NCBI GenBank assembly: GCA_028534125.1
Contig: CM052817.1
Coordinates: 65,164,001 to 65,228,000 of the forward strand
Direction of reading: 5' to 3'
From: Lama glama
Lineage: Eukaryota
Length of the DNA: 64,000 nt
The translations under genes and the position numbers were made by a program. Below the pieces are notes generated by a model that was not told where the DNA came from, ran no database searches, and worked only from the letters and a program-made list of their open reading frames with translations. Below are positions 26,201 to 35,360 of this stretch, one piece after another (within the stretch, counting starts at the first letter, position 1; each line of letters opens with the position of its first letter).

Positions 26201-29200
26201 AAGAACTAGTTCTTCTGTTTCTCTGGTCTCCACTATTGTTTTCCTGATTTCAATTTTATTGATTTTCACTCTCAACGTTTATTTCCTTCCTTCTTGCTTT
26301 AGGTATATTCTGCTCTTCTTTCTCTAGGTTCATGAAGGCTGTTCCTCTTTTCTAATATATGCACTTAAGGTTATAAGTTTCCTCTTGGCACTGCTTTAGC
26401 TGGTTCCCTTGTGCCCTCAAACTTTGATATGTTAAATTTTTACTCAGTTTAATGTGTTTTTTAAAATAAAATTACCTTGAGACTTCTTTTACCTGTAGAT
26501 TATTTCTGTGTGTTGTCCAGTTTCCAAGTGAGTGAACATTTTCCAATTATCTTTCTGTTATTGACTCTATTTTAATACCATCGTGGTCAAAACACACTTT
26601 GTATTATTTCAGTTTTTTAACCTGGTGGAAGTTTATTCTGTGACCCAGGATATGGTCTAATTTGGAGTATGTTCTGAGAACTTGAAAAGAATTTACGGTC
26701 TGCTGTTGTTGGATGGAGTGTTCTACAAATGTTGATTACGTCTTGTTGGGTAATAGTGGTGTTTAATTCTTTTCTATTCTTGCTGATTTTCTATCTAGCT
26801 GTTCTATCAAGTGTTCAGAGAAAAGTGCTGAAGTTTCCAACTATAATTGTGAAGTTGCCTATTTCCCTTTCCAGTTCTATTTTTAATTTACATATTCTGC
26901 ATCTCTGGTGTTTGGTACATACACATTTATATTGTTATGTCTTCTTGAAGGACTGCCCCATAATATAATGCCTCTCCCTGGTCATTTTTTTAGTCTACAT
27001 TCTACTTTCTCTGATATCAATATAGCCACTCCTGCTTTCTTCTGATTCATGTTTGCATGATAACATCTTTTTCCATCTCTTTACTTTCAGCCTGTCTAAC
27101 TGCTACAAATGGAATGAGTCTCTTATGGATAACATATAGTTGACATGTTTTTTAAAATTCACTCTGCCTCTGCCAATGTGTCTTTTAATTCATGTATTTA
27201 AATCACTTACGCTTATGTAACTACTGATAAGTTAGAGCTTGCGTCTGCCATTTTGTTTTGTTTTCTGTTCTGCTTTCTTTTTCCTGACTCCTCTGAGTTA
27301 CCTGAACAGTTTTTTAGAATTCCGTTTTGATTTATCTAGTGTTTTTGAGTCTGTGTCTTTGTACAGTTTTTTAGTGGTTGTTCTAGATATTATATCCTAT
27401 ATACATAACTTATCACAGCTGGTGATACTGGTGGCATTACTATTTCAAGTGGACTGTGAAATCCTTCCTTCTCTGTACGTTCCTTATGCTTCCCTTTTTG
27501 TAATATAATTAATTGCCTTATATATTTTCTCTTCATACATTTAGAACCATATCAGAGAATGTTAAAATTTTTGCTTCAAACGTCAAACATAATTTACAAA
27601 GTCAAGAGAAGCAAAGTATATTGTGTTTATCTATATTTTTGTTAACGATGTTCTCTTTTCCTTCTTGATACTTCAGATTCCTTCTTTTATTGTTTTCTTT
27701 TGTTTGGAGCATCTCCTTTAGCTATTCTTTTAGGGTAGGTCTGCTAATGACAAATTCTACTTTTTCCTTCATCTGAAGAATATCTTGATTTCTCCTTCAT
27801 TCCTAAAAGATATTTTTGTTGGGTATAGAATTCTGGGTTGACAGTTTCTTTTCTTTCAGTATTGAAAAATGTGCCATTTCCTCCTGGCCTGCATGATTTC
27901 TAACATGAAATTCACTGTCACCTGAACTGCTTTTCCCCTATAGGTAAGGTGTCATTTCTCTTTTGAGCTTTTAAGATTTTTTTTCTTTCTCTTCAGTTTT
28001 CAGAAGTTTGACTATTATGTGTCATGGTATGGATTTCACTGGACTTCTCTCTTTGGAGTTCCTTAAACATCTCAAATTATATTAAATTTACATCTTTTGC
28101 CACATATGTAAAGTTTTCAACCTTTATTTTTTTGCGTAGTTTTCCAGCTATGCCCTCTTTCTCCTCTTTTTCTAGGACCCTTATGATAAAAATGTTGAAT
28201 CTTTCATCATAGTCCTACTTATACCTGAAGTTATGTTCTTTTTTATTTTTCAGTTTACTTTCTTCATTGTTCAGATTAGATAATGTCTATTTTTCTATTC
28301 ACTAATTTTTTTTCTCCATCATTCTGCTGTTTATTCCATTCACTGATAGTTTTATATTTTTTAAAATTTTTTATTGATTTATAGTCATTTTACAAAGTTG
28401 TGTCATATTTTGGTTTTGTATTTTTAAGTTGTAAAATTTCCATTTGATTCTTTACACCTTTTGTTTATTTGCTCAGACTTTCTATTTCTTTGCTGAGACT
28501 TATTCTTCTAAATTTGTTTCAAGCATCTTTGTAATTGCTCATTGAAGCATTTTTATGATGGACACTTTAAAATATTTGTTAGACAATTTTAACTTTTCTG
28601 TCATTTTTATGTGCATATCTGTTGATTGAATTTTTAAATTCAGCTTGAAGTTTTCTTGGTTCTTAGTATGACAAGTGATTTTCAACTGAAATGTGATCAT
28701 TTGAAGTTTTATGAGACTGGATCTTATCTAAAGCTTCTTTTTAAATGGTCCTACATGGTGCAGGAAGAGAGAATACCACCTTGTTATTCCCAGGTGGGAG
28801 GAGAAGTTGAGGTTTCCCCCTTGGCCTCTGATGACATCTGAAAGGAGAGGCTCCTCATTACTGATGGGCAGGGATGAGATTTCCAGTCCCCAGTCAAGCT
28901 CCCACTGGTATCTCCTTGGTTGGAAAGAGAAGGGGTGCCTCATTATGGCTCCCTAGGCTTTAATGGCAACACGAGGATATGGTACGTTTACCTCTGGATG
29001 ATAGTAAAAGTCCTGACTGTCTCACCAGCCCACTTATGGCACTACCCAAGGAGGGGAGAGAAAGGGATACCTTGTTACTGCCAGGCAGAAGTGGAAGTAC
29101 CAGCTCCCTACTCAATCTTCTGTGTTATTACCCCAGTGGGGAGATGAGGGCATCTCATTATAGCCTGGAGAGGGTGACAGTCTAGGTTCTCTACTTAGCC

Positions 29201-29620
29201 TCTGCTGGTGGGGGTGTAGGTGTGGCCCCAGTTTTTTCTGTGTTATTTGGGTAGAGTAGAATGGCTACTGCTTAAAAGTTTTGCCTTGCTAGGTTGCCCT
29301 TTTCCTGGTTGTTTGGCTAGAAAGAGCAGGCTTTTCTCGGGAAGCGTTTGCGTTCATTGGTATTTCTGGGTGTTCTGCTTCTCCAGAATCCAGTCTAGGA
29401 GATAAAAGGAAAGTGAAATCCCAAACAACTGCCATGTTGTTCTTTGGATCCCACGGTCCCTAGCTGGTCTACCTTCTTCCCTTTGCCTTTCCATTCTCTT
29501 AAGTTTGCTTTGTTTTTATCTAATATTCAGTTACACTTGAATGTGAGGAACAGAGAAAAGTAAATCTCTTCCATCTTCCGTAAAGTGGAAGTCCTCACTG
29601 ATTTTTAAATCACCTCTCTC
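23265..29620 (-). mobile_element. Long old L1M (L1MC/MD-like) element, ~6.3 kb, degenerate, in DNAJB14 intron 3
   Basis: T-rich plus strand; 3' end motif (GTTGTAAGAAATAATACAGAGAGATCC) at the left, ORF2/ORF1-derived sequence through the middle, GC-richer 5' region at the right; ORFs broken. Confidence 0.85.
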
Positions 29621-32291
29621 ATTCTCATACCCAAGTTTCTGCCATCTTCTGTCTTCTCTAACCATAAAAATCATACCCATCTTGAGAAAACTCTTAATTC
29701 TTGCCTATTATATGAAGGCTTCTCCAATTAGTTTGATTAAAATTCTATTTTATCCTTCTGACTTTTCTTTGGACATCTTTGTTCTGAACTCAGCTACATT
29801 CTATCTTCTGAGATATCCCAGGTAAATCAGTTAATCTCTCTGAACATCAATTTTCTTATTTGTGAAATGATGAAATTGGTTCCTGACTATTTCACAAGAT
29901 TTTTAATACACATTAAATTTAAAATACAGGAATGAAAACATATAAAATGCTTGTCAAATGTTAGGTTTTACTGTTTTTCCAAATGTTCTATGTAAGACTT
30001 GTCCCCACTTTGTAAATTACAAATTCTTTGAGTAGAAGTTATCTTATATTTTCTTACATATTTCTCTACAAGAACTAGCCCATAGGGTAGAACCCTCTTT
30101 GTTCTTAGAGATTCATTCTAGATGTTAAGAATACTGAACTACTAGACTTAGTACAGACAATAGCATCCAATCCATCATTATTTATCAAGAAAACACATAA
30201 ACAGTTAATCCATGGCCCTTGTTATTATATTCATATATATTTCAACAGGCATGGGTACTATTCAAATAGTCTCTGAAATACTTGAGAGTCTTTGAAGACG
30301 ATGTAGACTGCGTATGTTTTGAAGATATCCACATCAGAGAGAAGGAAAAGGATCCATTTCATTCAAAATTTTTTAAGGTATGTTTATATATACTATGCAA
30401 GTCACTCTCTAGATGTAAATAAAATATTCCCTTCTTTGAGAAACTCACAAACCTAACCACAGAACAAAGAGCCACATAAACTTAAGAGTTAATTTAGTCT
30501 ACCCTCTCTGATAGTAATCTGTTGCTTTTGAAGCTTTACAAAAGACACAAATGAAAATATCTCTTCTATCTAATTTAAACCGATAACCTACCTTAAACCA
30601 ATAACCTCCTCTCTTTTTGTTCTTATAGGAAATAAAAAAAACAAGTGGTTCCCATCTTCTGTAAGAAGTGTTTTGGCAATTACAGAGCAGTAAATCTATA
30701 CTTACCTCTTATACAAACAACAACAAAAAAACTATAGTCTTTGCTTAGAATAAACAGCTTGTATCTCAAACACAGTAGTTAAGATCAATTGGTTAAAAAT
30801 AAAATAAGATGATTCAGAAGGTAATGAAAAGATCTTGCATGCTGAATGAATGGAACCTGCCATTTCCATGTGATGACACTAGCAGTAATATTTCCTAATT
30901 AACTACCTTTGCTCACCAAGCATCTGTGGCTTACAATCTGGATTTGCTGTGTAGTTTCCACTCAATGAAAAATGGGTTCATCAACCACCTCCTTATTATG
31001 ATCCTCTTTGGAATTAATAAACTGGTATTTTGATATAGAGATAATCTCCTGTGTATTGAATAATGTGAGCCTTCCCTCTAGAGATGAATCACCACCCAGT
31101 ATGTTGATAAATATTAAGATTCTAGTTTTTCAAATTGTAATATTAGACTCTGAAATGTATCACACCAAAGTAAAATCACCTTTGTAAAACTCCTCTGGGA
31201 GTGTGGGTGACATTTATGTGGCTCACCTCTTCCAAATGCAACATAAGCTGTAAAAATACCGGTAGATCCACTTACTGTTATTCCAAGACCAATAATGCTA
31301 ATATGACTTCAGTACAGAAATGGAAGAAAGAGGCAGTTTATTGTTCTTAACATTGATGAACAATTAATACTGAAATCATCTAACAGATCGCAAACATGAA
31401 AATAACTCATTGCCAAATGTTTTTATAAAAACAAAAAAAATAAATTAAATGACTTTAATTCATAATGTGAAAAAAGTTTTTTAACTTTGGGGGGAATATG
31501 TGCTAAAGTTAGTGTTTTTGAGCAAAGAAGCTTTTCCTGTACTTTCAACATGCAAAATACTTTTAATTTAAGGAAGCAGAGAAGGCTCTCACCGTCACAG
31601 TTACATTTTACTTTCATCAGCATCACTTTGGCAGCTGTTTTTATTGGAATATATTAATAATCCCCAAATGTATTTTGCCTGGTAACTTCCTTTAAGAAAT
31701 AAAACTGTTTTGGAAACAATTTTAACAGTATTTTTATGAAAGACTAATTGAGTCATCTGTCTCTTAGGAAAATTTAAAAAATGAGTATCTCTTTCCTGTT
31801 ATTACAAAACCCCAGCATTTCACTGTAAATATCATACAGTGGCTCTATGAACGCCAAATTCACAAGAACAATCACAAATTTAAGCATTTTCCTATGAATC
31901 AGAAGTTAACTATTATGAATAAATCATATGTAACATGAAATTATAAAATCAGTTCTCTGACACCTATTTAGTAAATTTTCAAAAAAGCTGAAACAATAAG
32001 AAAGAAAACAAAGAAACATGAAAAGCAGCCAAGAGGAAAGAAACATTTCTTAGGAAAAAAAAAATCACATTAGTTAGAACTACATTTAAAAAGTGCAAAA
32101 ACTGGCTACAGTTAATAAAAATAAAAGAACACTGGACAGATAGTGATTCCAAGTGATTTTCCAATTCTAGACAATCTCTAATATCTTAAAAACTCACAGA
32201 AAGTATATTTTGCTTTTAGTTCTTTTAGAACCAGCTGGTAATACATTAGAAGCTCATGCATAGTCATCACACTACGCATGTGTGGTAAACT

Positions 32292-32791
32292 NNNNNNNNN
32301 NNNNNNNNNNNNNNNNNNNNNNNNNNNNNNNNNNNNNNNNNNNNNNNNNNNNNNNNNNNNNNNNNNNNNNNNNNNNNNNNNNNNNNNNNNNNNNNNNNNN
32401 NNNNNNNNNNNNNNNNNNNNNNNNNNNNNNNNNNNNNNNNNNNNNNNNNNNNNNNNNNNNNNNNNNNNNNNNNNNNNNNNNNNNNNNNNNNNNNNNNNNN
32501 NNNNNNNNNNNNNNNNNNNNNNNNNNNNNNNNNNNNNNNNNNNNNNNNNNNNNNNNNNNNNNNNNNNNNNNNNNNNNNNNNNNNNNNNNNNNNNNNNNNN
32601 NNNNNNNNNNNNNNNNNNNNNNNNNNNNNNNNNNNNNNNNNNNNNNNNNNNNNNNNNNNNNNNNNNNNNNNNNNNNNNNNNNNNNNNNNNNNNNNNNNNN
32701 NNNNNNNNNNNNNNNNNNNNNNNNNNNNNNNNNNNNNNNNNNNNNNNNNNNNNNNNNNNNNNNNNNNNNNNNNNNNNNNNNNNNNNNNNNN
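32292..32791. other. Assembly gap (exactly 500 N)
   Basis: Run of N counted from the sequence. Confidence 1.
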
Positions 32792-33134
32792 AGTGGAAAT
32801 AATGTCTGTACAAAACCAAATGTTTGTTACTATAACTTCTGCATCACAATTAAAATCCAAACAGTTTTTAAAAAACAGTCAACTCAATCAAAACCCACTA
32901 CTTCAGAATCAATAGCTTCTTTGAAGCCACAGTAACACTTAAATATGGTTAAGACTCAAATGCAGAAATTTGGTTGGTTGGAAAGCTAATTAAACTTCCA
33001 ACTTGCTCAAATAGAATTACAAAAAGGCAAAATTGTGTTTTTCACAGAGATACAGTCCACTGGAATCACCAACACTGGACAGCTGTTAGAGTATTTATTT
33101 AGAGTCCTGAGATAATAAGGAATCCAGGCATCCT
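32792..33134 (-). other. H2AZ1: H2AZ1 3' UTR (truncated by the gap before the poly(A) signal)
   Basis: Follows TAA; resembles the conserved mammalian H2AFZ 3' UTR (…GGTTTTGTACAGACATTATTTCCACT); no histone stem-loop. Confidence 0.85.
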
Positions 33135-33196
33135 TTAGACAGTCTTCTGTTGTCCTTTCTTCCCAATCAGAGATTTGTGGATGTGTGGAATAACAC
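33135..33196 (-). CDS. H2AZ1: H2AZ1 exon 5 coding part, 62 nt: (G)VIPHIHKSLIGKKGQQKTV*
   Basis: tccttctag| acceptor; C-terminal KTV (H2A.Z.1-specific Val); TAA at 33137-33135. Confidence 0.98.
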
Positions 33197-33451
33197 CTAG
33201 AAGGATAAATTAACAGTAGTTTAAAATCAAGACAGCTCAATGTTCTATTTGGAATATGTCTTTAAATGGGAAGCTCATGTGTGCCAAGCAAAAATTCACT
33301 AAGTTATATACAGAAATCAAATCTCATCATACAACCATACTACAGATCAGCGAAAATATATTAAGTGTACTCTTCTAGACTAAAAATTACCAGTGGGAAT
33401 TAAGGCAGCAAAGAATCTCTAAAGAAATTAAAAATGTCAGTATTTACATAC

Positions 33452-33581
33452 CACCACCAGCAATTGTAGCCTTGATGAGAGAGTCCAATTCTTCATCTCC
33501 ACGAATAGCAAGTTGCAAGTGACGAGGGGTAATACGCTTTACCTTCAAGTCTTTTGATGCATTTCCTGCCAATTCAAGTAC
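33452..33581 (-). CDS. H2AZ1: H2AZ1 exon 4, 130 nt: [43 protein letters not shown]
   Basis: gccttctag| acceptor, |gtatgt donor; H2A.Z histone fold and acidic patch. Confidence 0.98.
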
Positions 33582-33929
33582 CTAGAAGGCAGAATCTAAT
33601 CAGTCTCCCTCCAACTTTCCTTAAGATCAAGATGCAGACAATAATTTAACCTTCATGAACGTGTATCTACCAACTGTCATCTCCCCCACTACTTGAATGG
33701 CAAGATATGCAAAAGCAATGAAAGGGGCACGCAATTTTATTTCCTAAAGCAGCAAACTCAAGCTCAATAGGGTCCCATCATGAACACCAGCCCCCTCTAG
33801 CGTTGTCAGAAGCTTCTAGCCGCGTTCAGAGCCTGGGAGTTTTCTTGCATCACTTTCCTCCTTCCCTCTCGCCGCCTCCTCCCACCTCCCCCCCAATCTT
33901 TTCCAGATTATAGGCGTACACCCATTTAC

Positions 33930-34043
33930 CTCTGCGGTGAGGTACTCCAGGATGGCTGCGCTGTACACAGCGGCAGTCGCGCCCACACGTCCATGGCTGG
34001 TCGTCCTAGATTTCAGATGTCGATGGATACGACCCACCGGGAA
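33930..34043 (-). CDS. H2AZ1: H2AZ1 exon 3, 114 nt: [38 protein letters not shown]
   Basis: Contained in ORF 33816..34208(-); aatgaag| acceptor, |gtaaat donor; Ser in LKSR marks H2A.Z.1. Confidence 0.98.
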
Positions 34044-34323
34044 CTTCATTTTAAGCATACACAAACATAAATGCACAAAGATATTAAAGGCAAAGGTGGT
34101 AAAATTACCCGCGCACCAAAGCAAGGGGCACGGACGCTGGTGCAGCAACGCGCCCCAGCAAAGACACACGTGATCGCCCCCCCGATATTTATTGTATCGG
34201 TAAACCAAGTCGCGACACCATCACCCACGCAAAGACGAAACGCTCCTCTAAAGCGATGATAAACAAGAGAGGAAAAGCAAAGAAAAACGCCACGATTCCC
34301 AGACTGCACGAGCCGCCACTGAC

Positions 34324-34401
34324 CTGCAAACCGGCTCTCTGCGAGCGGGAAACCGCCTTTGTCTTGGCCTTTCCGGAGTCCTTCCCAGCCTTACCGCCAG
34401 C
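34324..34401 (-). CDS. H2AZ1: H2AZ1 exon 2, 78 nt: AGGKAGKDSGKAKTKAVSRSQRAGLQ
   Basis: Contained in ORF 34189..34857(-); gccgcag| acceptor, |gtcagt donor; Thr in AKTK marks H2A.Z.1. Confidence 0.98.
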
Positions 34402-34832
34402 CTGCGGCGCGCACACGCCCGCGAGGGAAGGAGGAACGCAGAATATAGGATTACCAGGGTGACGCGCCCCTCCCCCACCGCGGCGCGGCCCCGGCGCGAG
34501 CGCGGCCCCGAGCCCAGCCGGGGTCTCGGGCCCGCCGCGCGCCGCAAGGGCGACCCCGCCCGCCCGCCCCCCGCTGCGCGCCCGCCGCGGCCGCGCGCCT
34601 CCGTCCGCCCGCCGGCCCCCAGCGGCGCTGCGCGCGCCACCCAACCGTCGCCGCCCGCCGCGAGATCCGAGGCTGCTCCTCTCGCCACCAACAAAACACC
34701 TCCCCCCGCTCTTCCAAATCCTGTCTCCGCGCGTTCCCAACCGTCGCCGCTTCACCCCATCGCCGTGTGTAACGGGTTTTTCTCCCGCTGGCAAAAACCC
34801 GCGGAGTCTTCGAGCGCCTCCGCGAAGTTTAC

Positions 34833-34835
34833 CAT
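34833..34835 (-). CDS. H2AZ1: H2AZ1 exon 1 coding part (ATG only); exon 1 spans ~34833-34940
   Basis: GAATTCGAAATG|gtaaac; exon lengths 3+78+114+130+62 = 387 nt = 128 aa + stop. Confidence 0.95.
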
Positions 34836-34939
34836 TTCGAATTCTGCTGAAGCTCAAACAAGCAGGGCAGAGAAAGGACTAGTCAGACACCCAGCGAGAG
34901 CCCGCCGCCTACTCCTTCGTCGCACCGCGATTCAAACTG

Positions 34940-35360
34940 CGCTGTCTCCCGCCTTCCCCGCTCCCTTTATACTGCAGAATGTTCCCTCATCCGGGAACTC
35001 GGATTGCTCATCCCACCAATGGCTGCCACCCGCCCTCGGGACGCGTCCTTGAAGCCTCAGCCAATGAGCAAGCGATGCAAGGGGCGGAGGGGCGGGCGCT
35101 TCGCAGCTCGAGCTGCTATTGGGGCGTGGGGAAGGAGGTGGGGGAGGGTGGAGGGATGGGAACGGGGAGAAGAAGGGCACGGCGGCGGGAGGGAAGAAAC
35201 AGAGCGAGCTACGCTGCGGGAGCTAGGGGACCCGCCGGCTGTGGTCACGTGTCCGAGAGGAGGGGCTGAGAGGCTCAGGGGAGGGGCACTCGGTAGCGCC
35301 CGCCATCCCCCGGTCCCCTTCGTCTCTTAGCCTGGTTCCGCAGACCACGTGAAATCTCCG
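34940..35360 (-). promoter_or_regulatory. H2AZ1: H2AZ1 promoter: TATA box, three CCAAT boxes, GC boxes, two E-boxes; CpG island ~33900-35730
   Basis: TATAAA on minus strand 34966-34971, ~30 nt upstream of GCAGTTTGAATC; CCAAT at 35016-35020 and 35061-35065, ATTGG at 35118-35122; GGGCGG twice in 35082-35095; CACGTG at 35246-35251 and 35346-35351. Confidence 0.9.

Noticed and set aside
32178..32935. Long ORFs of 174-217 aa (and 190-253 aa at 56581-57348)
   Set aside because: Artefacts of translating N runs.
34189..35330. Overlapping 100-220 aa Arg/Gly/Pro/Ala-rich ORFs on both strands
   Set aside because: Stop-poor CpG-island sequence; only the H2AZ1 exon 2 segment is real coding sequence.
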